A stretch of 64,000 bases of DNA from Alphaproteobacteria bacterium (GTDB lineage Bacteria > Pseudomonadota > Alphaproteobacteria > CALKHQ01). The stretch lies in contig CBDDFZ010000001.1 in assembly GCA_965227515.1 (NCBI GenBank), positions 1,344,001-1,408,000 of the forward strand, given 5' to 3'. Shown piece by piece: positions 1 to 12,252 of the stretch. Numbering within the stretch: the first letter of the stretch is position 1; every line of letters begins with the position of its first letter. Below the pieces are notes generated by a model. The model had not been told where the DNA came from, did not search any database, and was given only the letters and a program-made list of their open reading frames with translations. A program made the position numbers and the translations under genes.

Positions 1-621
1 GCCTTCCCGGTCTTCGAGCGCCTGTTCCAGGAGTTCGGCCTGCCCGATGCGATGCGCTCCGACAACGGCCTGCCATTCGCCAGTCCGAACGGGCTCTACA
101 ACCTCTCCAGGCTCGCGGTCTGGTGGCTGAGGCTGGGGATCGCGATCGAGCGCATCAAACCCGGCCATCCGCAGCAGAACGGCCGCCATGAACGCATGCA
201 CCTGACCCTGAAGAAGGAGACCACCAAGCCGGCCGGCGCCAACATCCTACAGCAGCAGGCCCGCTTCGACGCCTTCGTCGCCGAGTTCAATACCGAGCGC
301 CCGCATGAGGCGCTCGCCATGAAGTGCCCGGCAGAGGTCTACACCCCCTCAGCCAAGCCCTATCGCGGCTTGACCGAGCTCGACTATCCGTTCCACGACC
401 GGGATGTCGTCGTCACCTCATGCGGGCGGCTGTGCCTGCACCGAAAGAAGATCAACATCTCAACCGTCATGGCCGGACAGCGCCTGGGAATCAAAGAGGT
501 CGACGAGGGCATATGGCTCGTCAGCTTCATGCACTACGATCTCGGATACATCGACCTGGAGCAGAAAACACTGCAGACACTCGACAGCCCGTTCGGCACG
601 AGGTTGTCACCCATGTCTTAG
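1..621 (+). CDS. IS481-family transposase, 5'-truncated by window edge
   Basis: RSDNG and PGHPQQNGRHER integrase-core motifs; same protein as the C-terminus of 19998-21206. Confidence 0.93.
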   Translation, partial: AFPVFERLFQEFGLPDAMRSDNGLPFASPNGLYNLSRLAVWWLRLGIAIERIKPGHPQQNGRHERMHLTLKKETTKPAGANILQQQARFDAFVAEFNTERPHEALAMKCPAEVYTPSAKPYRGLTELDYPFHDRDVVVTSCGRLCLHRKKINISTVMAGQRLGIKEVDEGIWLVSFMHYDLGYIDLEQKTLQTLDSPFGTRLSPMS

Positions 622-655
622 GTACAAACTGTTACCTATGTCTCCGGGTCGGACA
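1..655 (+). mobile_element. IS481-family insertion sequence, copy 1 (left part outside window)
   Basis: Appears identical to 20586-21240. Right end ...GTTACCTATGTCTCCGGGTCGGACA with repeated GTYACCYATGTC motifs. Confidence 0.92.
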
Positions 656-665
656 AAAGGCGAGT

Positions 666-739
666 TGGAGCGGGTGAGGGGAATCGAACCCCCGTCTTAA
701 GCTTGGGAAGCTCCTGCTCTACCATTGAGCTACACCCGC
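666..739 (-). tRNA. tRNA-Gly(CCC)
   Basis: Reverse complement GCGGGTGTAGCTCAATGGTAGAGC...TTCCCAA...GGTTCGATTCC...CCCGCTCCA: cloverleaf, anticodon CCC, encoded CCA. Confidence 0.97.
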
Positions 740-1393
740 GTCGCACCGGTCGGTCCGCGTCGCCCGAGGGCCGCCACCGGTCCGCCGATCGGGATTGATA
801 CCGACGTTGGTCCGGGCGCGGCCAAAGCGCGCTTTGCGTTTGCCGCCCGTGCGATGCGATAATGAGTTATGTCGCGCCTGTATTCAATCGTCGGGTCGGC
901 TGGCAGCGCATCCGCTTTGGGAATCGTATGCCGGTGTGGCGAACTACTTGCCACCCCTGTGAGTCGGCAGGCTGCGCAAAAGCAAAAACGGGCGCGCGAG
1001 GGCTCTGTGATCAAATTGCCGCACGGTGTTGCAAATTCATCGCAGTGGTTCGCGCAGGCCAATAACGCCATGGAAACAAAAGAGTTTTTGACAACGCACC
1101 GGCCTGTGGTGCATAGTCTGGGGGTGTTCGATTGCTTCTGGGCGGCCATTCGGCAGTCCGTCTGCTCAGGCGTTCGCTTGCAACCCGCAGCGATTTAGGT
1201 ACAAATTGCAGTCGCAAAGACCAGCGGTCGGCGTTTGAGCTGGCGTGTCGGTAACTGCCTGAATGGAGGCACGAAGTTAGTTTCGAGCGTTCGCATCATC
1301 AGGTTCGCGCCAGATGCCGGAGCTCGTGAAAATGACGAGGGTTGAAATCCTCACGATGAAGGAGGCGTTAGTTTCATGAGGAGTGTGACGGAA

Positions 1394-2215
1394 ATGACAC
1401 GAGGCGTTAAGGCTTGCGTCGCCGTTGGTGCCTTGGCGCTCGTTTCGGGTTGCGCCACGGGTTGGAACCTCGATGCATTGCAGTCGGCGGAGCGCGTTGG
1501 CGACCCGTTCACTGTGGCGCTGGCGAACGAATACCAGGCCCTGGCGGAATACGAAGCCAACACCATGCTCGACTGGACCGATGCGGATTACTTCGCAATC
1601 AAGGGTCTGGCCGCAGCGGGTGGCGAAGTGGTGCTGCCGGAAGACACGGCCAACTGGTACGTGCCGGAAGCTCACCTTGCCGAGCTGACCGATGCCCGCG
1701 CCCAGTTGCTGGCCGCGCTGGACAGTGGCGCTCGCGCCAACCAGCCGGAAGTGGCCGCGCGCTGTCAGGTTCTCTATGACTGCTGGATCGAGCAGGCTGA
1801 AGAGAACCATCAGCCGACCCACATCAGCGCTTGCCGCGACAACTTCTACGATTGCTTGGCCTCGCTTGGTCAGGTTGTCGTCGTTGCCGATAACTTCGTC
1901 ATCCTGTTCGACTTCGACAGCTCCGCGCTGACGGCAGCCGGCCAGGTGGTCGTGAACGAGGTTATCGCCGCGGCGTCCGCCGATCCGAGCCTGCCGGTGC
2001 AGTTGGTTGGTCACACCGACACCGTCGGTTCCCCGGCCTACAACCTGCGCCTGTCGCTGGCCCGTGCCGAGACCGTGCGTAATGCGCTGGTCACCGGTGG
2101 CGTGCAGCCGAACCGGATTTCCATCGAAGGTCGTGGTGAGACCGATCTCGCCGTTCCGACTGGCGATGGCGTCCGTAACCAGGCCAACCGTCGTGTGGTC
2201 GTGACCCTGTTCTAA
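1394..2215 (+). CDS. OmpA-family peptidoglycan-binding lipoprotein
   Basis: Lipobox LVSGC; C-terminal OmpA motifs ILFDFDSS, GHTD, YNLRLSLARA, NRRV. Confidence 0.9.
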   Translation: MTRGVKACVAVGALALVSGCATGWNLDALQSAERVGDPFTVALANEYQALAEYEANTMLDWTDADYFAIKGLAAAGGEVVLPEDTANWYVPEAHLAELTDARAQLLAALDSGARANQPEVAARCQVLYDCWIEQAEENHQPTHISACRDNFYDCLASLGQVVVVADNFVILFDFDSSALTAAGQVVVNEVIAAASADPSLPVQLVGHTDTVGSPAYNLRLSLARAETVRNALVTGGVQPNRISIEGRGETDLAVPTGDGVRNQANRRVVVTLF

Positions 2216-2239
2216 TCGACCTGACGGATCGTTACAGAG

Positions 2240-2272
2240 AGCGGCGCTGCTTCGGCAGCGCCGTTTTCTTTT
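2240..2272 (+). terminator. Rho-independent terminator
   Basis: CGGCGCTGC-TTCG-GCAGCGCCG stem-loop followed by a T-rich tract, just after the OmpA gene. Confidence 0.85.
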
Positions 2273-2544
2273 GGGGCATTGGCCAGCGGGCCGACGGAGC
2301 GCGGGGCCGTGCCCGGCACCCCTGATGGCGGCTACCGGAGTCGTCGGAACATCCGCCTTGCCCAATGGGCCCGCCACCTGCCACAACCGGAAAGCCGGCA
2401 CGTCACGCGCGGCCCGGGCGGTGACCGGCCATAAGGCCCATTGGACGTGACCGCTGCCAACCTCGCTCGGCCCCAACCAGGATTGCCTGACGTGCCGCGC
2501 GCGACCGTGCCGAACCAAGAACCGCCGCCAGGAAACGCCAGCCG

Positions 2545-3558
2545 ATGAAGCGCATTATCATTCCCGATCACCAGCCCGCCGAGGAGGATGTCGAGCGCGC
2601 CGCCGCCGGCGCCGACATCGCGCTCGATATCTATCGGGTCCAGCAAGGCGAGAAGATCGATGAAGACGTCTGGCGGCGCTGCGACGGGATCGTCGCCTGG
2701 CACGAGGCGCATATCGACCGGGATCGAATCGCCACCTTGGACTCGTGCCGCATCATCGTGCGCGGCGGTGTCGGTTACGACAATATCGCGCTGGAAGAGG
2801 CGGGCGCGCGGGGCATCGCGGTCTGCAACGTCCCCGACTATGGCACCACGGAGGTTGCCGACCATGCCATCGGCCTGATGCTGGCGCTGACCCGCAACCT
2901 GATCGGCTATTGGGACGATCTGCGCGCCGAGCCGGAGGCGCATTGGGCCTGGCACCGCGGACGGACGGTGCGGCGGCTACGCGATCTGGTGTTCGGTGTG
3001 GTCGGCCTGGGCCGCATCGGCACCGCGGCCGCCCGGCGGGCTGCCGCGTTCGACATGGATGTGGTGTTCTACGACCCTTACCTGCCGGACGGGCACGAGC
3101 TCGCGGTCGGTTATCGCCGCGCGCTCAGCCTGTCGCAATTGCTGACCGAGGCCGATGTTCTCAGCGTCCACACCCCGCTGACCGAGGAGACCCACAATCT
3201 CATCGACGCCGATGCGCTGCACGCCATGAAGCCCGATGCCGTGCTGATCAACACCGCGCGCGGCGGGGTGGTTGATCCGCAGGCGGTGCTGGAGGCACTG
3301 CTGGATGGCCGCCTTGGCGGTGCCGGGCTCGATGTGTTGCCGCAAGAGCCGCTGCCGTCGGCACACCCGCTGACCAAGGCCTGGATCGAGGATCATCCCG
3401 CCCTCAAGGGGCGCCTGATCGTCACGCCGCACGCGGCGTTCTACAGCCCGCAAGGGCTGCGCTTCCTGCGCCACAAGGCAGTGGCGACGGCAGCCGAGTT
3501 CCTGCGTACCGGCGTGCTGCGCAACTGCGTCAACCGGCAGTACCTGAAGCAGACCTAG
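2545..3558 (+). CDS. D-isomer-specific 2-hydroxyacid dehydrogenase (CtBP-like)
   Basis: GVVGLGRIG Rossmann motif, INTARG, LDV..EP, TPHAAFYS. Confidence 0.92.
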   Translation: MKRIIIPDHQPAEEDVERAAAGADIALDIYRVQQGEKIDEDVWRRCDGIVAWHEAHIDRDRIATLDSCRIIVRGGVGYDNIALEEAGARGIAVCNVPDYGTTEVADHAIGLMLALTRNLIGYWDDLRAEPEAHWAWHRGRTVRRLRDLVFGVVGLGRIGTAAARRAAAFDMDVVFYDPYLPDGHELAVGYRRALSLSQLLTEADVLSVHTPLTEETHNLIDADALHAMKPDAVLINTARGGVVDPQAVLEALLDGRLGGAGLDVLPQEPLPSAHPLTKAWIEDHPALKGRLIVTPHAAFYSPQGLRFLRHKAVATAAEFLRTGVLRNCVNRQYLKQT

Positions 3559-3575
3559 CTGGCCGGCCCGCCCAG

Positions 3576-4205
3576 ATGTACACGCCGAAGCTGTTCGCGC
3601 TGGACGACCGGGATGCCGCGCACGACATCATCCGCCGGCACGACTTCGCGCTTCTGGTCACCAGCCTGGACGGTGCCCCGGTCGCCACGCACCTGCCCTT
3701 CCTGTTGGACCCGGCGCGCGGGGAGCACGGCACGCTGATGGCCCACATGGCGCGGGCCAACCCGCAGTGGCGCGATTTCGAGGCGTTGCGCGGGCGCGGC
3801 GTCGACGTGCTGGTCGCCTTCACGGGACCGCATGCCTATGTGTCGCCGCGCTGGTACGGGCCCGGCGACGCCGTGCCGACATGGAACTACCTCGCGGTCC
3901 ATGCCTATGGACCGGCGCACGAATTGGACGATCCCGCTGCGGTTCGTGGCTACCTGGAGCGCCTGGTGGCGACTGCGGAAGCGGGCGCACCAACGCCCTG
4001 GTCCCTGGACGGCCAGTCCGAGCGATACATCGACGGGATGATGCGCGGCATCGTGGCGTTCGAGGTGCCGATCCGGCGCCTGGAAGCCAAGGCCAAGCTC
4101 AGCCAGAACAAGGATGAGGCCACCCGGGCCGCCGTTCGCGAGGAACTGGCCGCCTCTGAGGATCCGGCGGCCAGGTCCGTCGCTGAACGGATGCGCTCTA
4201 TCTGA
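3576..4205 (+). CDS. PaiB-like FMN-binding negative transcriptional regulator family protein
   Basis: MYTP start, HMARANPQW, VPTWNY, KLSQNK motifs. Confidence 0.9.
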   Translation: MYTPKLFALDDRDAAHDIIRRHDFALLVTSLDGAPVATHLPFLLDPARGEHGTLMAHMARANPQWRDFEALRGRGVDVLVAFTGPHAYVSPRWYGPGDAVPTWNYLAVHAYGPAHELDDPAAVRGYLERLVATAEAGAPTPWSLDGQSERYIDGMMRGIVAFEVPIRRLEAKAKLSQNKDEATRAAVREELAASEDPAARSVAERMRSI

Positions 4206-4628
4206 CTATCTGACGATTTCCATCAGCGCATCGGCGCGGTCACGCGCCAACTCGACACGACAGCCGTGACTGGCGATTCCGGTGCCGCTGCCGCCGCCAA
4301 ATGTGGTGCCGACGAACGCGCACTGCTGGTCGCGGTAGGCGATCCAGGCCGTCTGTGACGCTTCCAGGGCCGGCACCGCCATGCTGCGCCCGGTTGCGTC
4401 GTCGATCTCCGCGGCTGCATTCATCGCGAAGCCAAGCGCAAGCTCCATGGCCGCGTCCGCCGCGTCTTCGGCGGCGCCGACGCAATTGCCGATCTCGATC
4501 TGGCTGTTGAACTGGACGCTGCACTCCTCCACTGGGCCAGCTGTCGCGGGCAAGGCGGCGGCGAGGGTCGTGGCAACGGCGATGGCCGGCGCGCCGAGAG
4601 TGGCCATGAGATGGGTCATCGATATCAT
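4206..4628 (-). CDS. Secreted LprI/DUF1311-family protein
   Basis: AGGAG RBS, signal peptide, Cys pattern with SQTAWIAYRDQQC...GGSG...C. Confidence 0.8.
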   Translation of the reverse strand: MISMTHLMATLGAPAIAVATTLAAALPATAGPVEECSVQFNSQIEIGNCVGAAEDAADAAMELALGFAMNAAAEIDDATGRSMAVPALEASQTAWIAYRDQQCAFVGTTFGGGSGTGIASHGCRVELARDRADALMEIVR

Positions 4629-4929
4629 CGAGAGACTCCTTGTCTGCAAGATTGGATAGCTATGGATGCGTATTTGGGCAGGGACTTTGGGGGACACTGC
4701 CCATGTGTGTCGATACATCGCCGCGATGCTGCCTTGCAGCCTCAACCGCACGGATACTGCGCCTTCGCGCGACGCGTTTGCTTGCTCCGGCCCCAAGCAG
4801 TGTGTAGGCTGCCTTCACAAACCGGCCGGACAGGCCCGCGCTGCGCCACTCAGGGCGTCTGCTATGACTCAGCGGTGCGGGACTGAACCGGACGATGGAT
4901 AATCCTGGTCTGGCGACTTGGGGGAGGCG

Positions 4930-7388
<2,459 letters not shown>

Positions 7389-7508
7389 CACCAAACACGG
7401 AAGATCCTCGGCACCTCGCCCCGCTCCGGGGCTCGGGCCAAGGATGACAAAAGAGATGTGGGCGTCTGTCATCGTCGCCCCGTTATTGCAGCGAGCGCCG
7501 GCCCTAGT

Positions 7509-8963
7509 TCAGTACCGCAGCGCCCAGGCGGCGATGATGCTGCGCTCCAGCTCGCGGGCGCGGTTCAGCCAGGCCCGCGCCTCCGGCGGGATCGACGAAT
7601 CGCGCATGTTGAGCGAGGCGTCCATGGCCTGCCGCTTGGCGATGTCGGACACGAAGATCGCGAAGCCCAATGTGCGGCCGGACGCGGTGTCCAGGAAGCC
7701 CGCGAGGCCGACGGCATAGGCCATGGTGCCGGTCTTGGCCCGCACCGCGATGGTGGCCGCGCCGGGGTCCGCGTCCTGGTTCAGCCAGCTCCCCCACTGG
7801 ATCGACGGCAACAGGCCGTTCAGGTCGGGCGTATCCGGCCGGTTGGCATAGTTCAGGATTGCCGCCATCTGCGCCGGCGACACCCGTGTTTCGGAACTGA
7901 GGCCGGAGTGGTTGATCATGTCGTAGCCGGCCCAATTGACGTCCGTAATGCGGGTCTGCAGCCAGGCCGTGTTCAGCCGGGCGGCATGCTCCAGGCTGGC
8001 GACCGCGGAGCCGCTGTTGGTGCGCGCGGCGATCAGGCCGGTCAGTTCGGCGGCCAGATTGTTGCTGTGCTCGAGCACCCCGGCACAGATGGTCGCGAGC
8101 GGCTCGCCGGCATGGCTGACCAGCGTGCGCGCCGTTGCCGGGGTGATCCGCTGCACCGGGCGCGCGAGCTGGACGCCCTGGTCGGCCGCGACCGCGCGAA
8201 AGGCCATCGCGGCGTGGAAGGCGGCATTGCGCACCGGCAGCCAGACCCGGCCCTCGCCCTCCAGATTGCCGGTGTAGAGCCAGTGGTCGCCACCGTCGCC
8301 GCGCTCCTGGTAGTCCAGCACTGCGCCCAGCGCGCCGCCATTGGCGTAGCTGATCCAGTCCACCGGCACCACCGAGCGGTCGGCATAGGCCGCCAGGTCG
8401 AATTCCAGCCCGCCACCGCCCGGCTGCCAGCCCAGCGAGACCCGGTTGAAGTTGATCGACAGCGCGCTGACGCCGGGATTGTAGGACGCTACCTCCGGCT
8501 GCTGCGCGGTGATCTGGCGCACGTTCGGCAGCCAGGAAACGTCATAGTAGAAGGCGCCGGCCACCCGATCGACACCGGCCGCCTTCACCTGCTGGGCGAT
8601 GGCGATCAGCGAGTCGGTGTCCAGGAACGGGTCGCCATAACCGCGCAGGTAGAGGTCGCCCACCAGCACGCCGCCGGAGATCTCGCCATCGATCCAGACG
8701 TCGGTGCGCGGCTGGTAACCGGGCCCCAGGATGCCGAGGGCGGCAACCATGGTCGGCACCTTGGCGACCGATGCTGGGATGAAGCCCTGATCCGGGCGGC
8801 CGGCGGCCAGTCTCTCGCCGGTGGCCGGGTCGAACAGCACGTAGCCCACCTGCTCCAGCGGGAAGTTGCGGGCGCGGACCAGGCCGTCCTCGTCCACCTG
8901 CGCCCAGGCTGCCGGTGCCACAAGAACCCATGCCAGCGCGAATGCCAACAGCCGCCAATGCAT
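7509..8963 (-). CDS. dacB: D-alanyl-D-alanine carboxypeptidase/endopeptidase (PBP4, peptidase S13)
   Basis: PASVAK (SxxK), HSNN (SxN), KTGT, GYGDPFL, SGLS; signal peptide. Confidence 0.9.
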   Translation of the reverse strand: MHWRLLAFALAWVLVAPAAWAQVDEDGLVRARNFPLEQVGYVLFDPATGERLAAGRPDQGFIPASVAKVPTMVAALGILGPGYQPRTDVWIDGEISGGVLVGDLYLRGYGDPFLDTDSLIAIAQQVKAAGVDRVAGAFYYDVSWLPNVRQITAQQPEVASYNPGVSALSINFNRVSLGWQPGGGGLEFDLAAYADRSVVPVDWISYANGGALGAVLDYQERGDGGDHWLYTGNLEGEGRVWLPVRNAAFHAAMAFRAVAADQGVQLARPVQRITPATARTLVSHAGEPLATICAGVLEHSNNLAAELTGLIAARTNSGSAVASLEHAARLNTAWLQTRITDVNWAGYDMINHSGLSSETRVSPAQMAAILNYANRPDTPDLNGLLPSIQWGSWLNQDADPGAATIAVRAKTGTMAYAVGLAGFLDTASGRTLGFAIFVSDIAKRQAMDASLNMRDSSIPPEARAWLNRARELERSIIAAWALRY

Positions 8964-9092
8964 CGCGGTGCCACCGCCGTCTCTCGGTGCCATCATCGCC
9001 CACTCATTCCCGTCTATCCGATTCGGCGCATCAATAGCGCATTCGGGCCGGCGGCGGAAACGCCGCATCGCTCTGTTGCGGGCGCAACCCGA

Positions 9093-12032
9093 TCAATTCT
9101 GCGCGGCGCTGACGGTCAGGTTGACGTCGCCGAAGAAGACATAGCTCAGGAAGGTCGGGTCGCCGGTCTCCGCGAACTGGGCGCGCAGGTCGCGCAGCAC
9201 CGCGGCCGGATGCACGTCGCCGCCACCGGCCGCCGGCATGGCGGCATAGAAATCGGCCGCGAACCGGGCCGCACTCTCATCGAACACCGGCCACAGCCCG
9301 CCGATGAAGCCGAGCGCGCCGGCATCCAGCACCGCGGGCGCCCAGCCGTCGACGAAGTTGGCCACATACTGGGTCTGGGCGACGTCGCAGGCGTTGAAGA
9401 ACACCAGCACGTCGTCCAGCACGGCGCTGCCGATCATGCCGCGCCACGACATCAGGTCGAGTTCCGCATCTTCCAGCGCGATCGCGAAGTACGGCACCGT
9501 CTGGCCGTCGCCGCGCACGACGCCGTGGCCGGCGAAGTGGATGATGCCCGCCGGCGCGCCGGTCAGCAGGCTGAAGACGGCATTCAAGGTGCCCGGCACG
9601 TTGCGGTAGCCGGGCATGGCGCCGATCGCCGCCAGCTCCACGGTCTGGTAGGACAGCCGGTCGGTGGCGTCATAGCTGGGCGCGACCGCCGCGATGGTGT
9701 CCAGGTGCAATTCCTGCGACGGGCGCGGGCGCACGATCTCGTCGCCGCCGACATGCCAGCGCGCGATCTGGAACTCCGCGCCCATATAGTTGCGCGCGTC
9801 GCCACCGCCGGGCGGCACCGGGCGCATCAGCTCCCACGGCAAGATCGGGTTGTTGCTGTAGACCTGGATGGTGGAGAGGTCGACGTCAGGATTGTCGATC
9901 AACTCCCACAGCGCCTCTTTGAACAGCTCGGGCGCGAACTCCTGGTAGAGCCGTTGGCCGAACCCGTCCAGGCGCAGGCGTGCCAACTGCACCTCGCCGG
10001 CGTCGGCGGACCCGTTCTCGGTCGGATGGGTGGCGCCGCGCGCCTGCAGGTCGCGGTGGCGGGCATCGACGAAGCCGCGATACTGCTCGCGCAGCCAGTC
10101 GGTGGTGGACGGCGGCACCTCGAACTCGCCGATCAACAGGCCCTCCAGATAGGGCGAGGCGATAATCACCTGGCCGCTGCCGAGTGCGGCCGGGTCGTCA
10201 TAGTCGATCCGCACCGTCAGGTCGGGCTGAAGCGTGAGCGCGGTCGGCGCGATCTGATTGGCGTCGACGACGGCGATCTGCTGCCCGCCGCCGTCGGTCG
10301 GCCCGTTCTCCGCTGGCACGGCGATTACCCGCGCCACTTCCGCCAGGAAGCTGCCGTCGTGCCACAGGGTGGCGCTGATCCTGGCCGTGGACTGCTCGGC
10401 CAGCGCATCGGTGGCGCGCAGCATGAACAAGGCCCGCGTGCTGTCGCCCACCGTGGTCAGTTGCACCGTTGCCGCCGGATCGCCGCCTTCGAACGCGAAC
10501 CCCGGTGCGTGCACCACGACCGAGATGTCCCAGACCGGATTGTTCGGGTCGTCGACCGGCAGGTCGAAGGTGAGCAGACCATCGTCGCCCACGGAGGCTG
10601 CGCCCGCTGAGATTTCCAGCGGTTCCGCGAATGGTGCGGTGCTGAGCCAGACCATCACCGGCACCAGGTCTCCCGGAGCAGCGGTATCGGGTGTCTGGAG
10701 CGCCGGATAGCGCGAAACCTGCTCGGTCACGGGCGGTGGCGGTGGCATCGGCTCGGCCTGCACGTCGGGCAGCGGCTCGGTCATATCGACGAAGCCCAGA
10801 ACGATGATGTCCTCGTCGGCGGCCATCGGTTCGTCAGCCGGCTCGTTGGGCACATCGTCGGCGCTCACAACAACGGGTGGCGACTGTGACACGGCGCCGG
10901 GCTGGCCGGTCTCCGTCGCGTCGGCGTCAACGCCCGGTTCTTCGTAGACCTCGGGCACCGGTTCGGCGACGGGGTCGGAGACGGCAGGCTCCGGCACCGC
11001 CGGCGCGGTCTCTGGCATTGGCGGCACGCGGCCGGTATCGCCACCGTCACCCGCTTCCGCCAGCAGCCCCACAACCTCTTCGCGCGCGAGGGCTGCGAGC
11101 GGATGGTCGGGGAAGAGCGCAATCAGCTCCTCCAGGATCCATCGCCGTTGTTCGGGGTCGACGCTCATTTGGGCCTGCAGGTACAGGTCGATCGCGCCCG
11201 ATGTTGGCGAGGGCGGCTGCGGCGCGTCCGGCGCCTGGTTCAGTACGATGGCGCCGTCGCCGGGTGCCTGGGCAGCGAACAGGTTGCTCCATGGCTCCTG
11301 GGCACCGTTGGTGGCGGCGATAACGTCGCTTCGCACCAGTTCCAGCAGCATATCCAGACCGATGCCCGGTGTTGACAGGTTCCGGAGCAATGCATTGGCG
11401 AAGACCGAGCCAGCGCCGTCGCCATCGCCCGCGCCATCGAATGTCACCATGTCGGGCTGGGCGGCCATCAGCACCGCGACGTTCGACGGTGCGGCGATCT
11501 GTGCGAGCCCGCGCGGCGGCGGCGCGCGATCCGGCCAGTCGAATATCCTCGGCAGTCCGGTCACGTTGGCGTCGACAAGCAACACACCTGCCAGGTCCGG
11601 CCGGTCGAACACCCGCACGACAGTCTCAAGCTCGACCGCCGTTGCGACGAGATCGGCAGGGTCGTTCACGTCGGCGCCGATCGGCAACAGATAGTTGCGA
11701 CCCTCCAACTGCACCGCGTGACCGGCGTAGTAGACGAGGCCGATGTCGGCCTCGTTCAGATTGGCGGAAAACGCTTCGATCCGAGAGAGAAGCTGGTCGG
11801 CGTCGGCATCCAGGCTGAGATCGACCTCAAACCCCAGCTCCAGCAGCACCACCGCAACGTTGGTGGCGTCGTAGGCCGGGTCCCTCAGCGGCGGCAAGTT
11901 CCGATAGCCGGCGTTGCCTATGACCAGTGCTATCCGGCGCTCAGCCGCCGTTTCGGCACCGGACGAGCCGGGCCAGCCGGCCCAGGTCATCAGCGCCGCC
12001 GCGATCACGGCGAGAAAACCGAGCGCGACCAT
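9093..12032 (-). CDS. Exported protein with N-terminal caspase-like (C14) domain and C-terminal CHAT protease domain
   Basis: ALVIGNAGY/YYAGHA/NYLLP (C14); LPWEL, IIHFAGHG, FFNAC, FIGGLWPV (CHAT). Start may extend to 12134. Confidence 0.85.
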   Translation of the reverse strand: MVALGFLAVIAAALMTWAGWPGSSGAETAAERRIALVIGNAGYRNLPPLRDPAYDATNVAVVLLELGFEVDLSLDADADQLLSRIEAFSANLNEADIGLVYYAGHAVQLEGRNYLLPIGADVNDPADLVATAVELETVVRVFDRPDLAGVLLVDANVTGLPRIFDWPDRAPPPRGLAQIAAPSNVAVLMAAQPDMVTFDGAGDGDGAGSVFANALLRNLSTPGIGLDMLLELVRSDVIAATNGAQEPWSNLFAAQAPGDGAIVLNQAPDAPQPPSPTSGAIDLYLQAQMSVDPEQRRWILEELIALFPDHPLAALAREEVVGLLAEAGDGGDTGRVPPMPETAPAVPEPAVSDPVAEPVPEVYEEPGVDADATETGQPGAVSQSPPVVVSADDVPNEPADEPMAADEDIIVLGFVDMTEPLPDVQAEPMPPPPPVTEQVSRYPALQTPDTAAPGDLVPVMVWLSTAPFAEPLEISAGAASVGDDGLLTFDLPVDDPNNPVWDISVVVHAPGFAFEGGDPAATVQLTTVGDSTRALFMLRATDALAEQSTARISATLWHDGSFLAEVARVIAVPAENGPTDGGGQQIAVVDANQIAPTALTLQPDLTVRIDYDDPAALGSGQVIIASPYLEGLLIGEFEVPPSTTDWLREQYRGFVDARHRDLQARGATHPTENGSADAGEVQLARLRLDGFGQRLYQEFAPELFKEALWELIDNPDVDLSTIQVYSNNPILPWELMRPVPPGGGDARNYMGAEFQIARWHVGGDEIVRPRPSQELHLDTIAAVAPSYDATDRLSYQTVELAAIGAMPGYRNVPGTLNAVFSLLTGAPAGIIHFAGHGVVRGDGQTVPYFAIALEDAELDLMSWRGMIGSAVLDDVLVFFNACDVAQTQYVANFVDGWAPAVLDAGALGFIGGLWPVFDESAARFAADFYAAMPAAGGGDVHPAAVLRDLRAQFAETGDPTFLSYVFFGDVNLTVSAAQN

Positions 12033-12252
12033 GGCGCGGCGACGCGGTGCGGCGATCGGCGGTGCGATGAACACTCTTGCGCTCCCCAGGCAGTGGCGCG
12101 TGCGTTTGGAGCATATGATCGCACATCCGATCACACAAATGCGGCATCGCCGCGGCGCGCCTGCGGCCTGCTAGGCTCTTGCATCCTGACAGTAATGCTA
12201 TAGTTCCGGCGACGCACCAACGCGCCTGTCACCAGCTCATCGCGGAGGGGCC

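Noticed and set aside
740-1390. Small ORFs or ncRNA between tRNA-Gly and the OmpA gene
   Set aside because: The ORFs lack motifs and RBSs, and I saw no recognisable RNA family. The region is probably divergent promoters plus a long leader.
7458-10610. 1050-aa plus-strand ORF and similar long ORFs (14054-16777, 20989-23400, 37745-39721, 56119-58080)
   Set aside because: Antisense shadows of well-supported genes in high-GC DNA, with no recognisable motifs.
9093-12134. Craspase or gasdermin-type defence system
   Set aside because: No Cas7-11, gasdermin, TPR array or NTPase partner nearby, and the protein seems exported.
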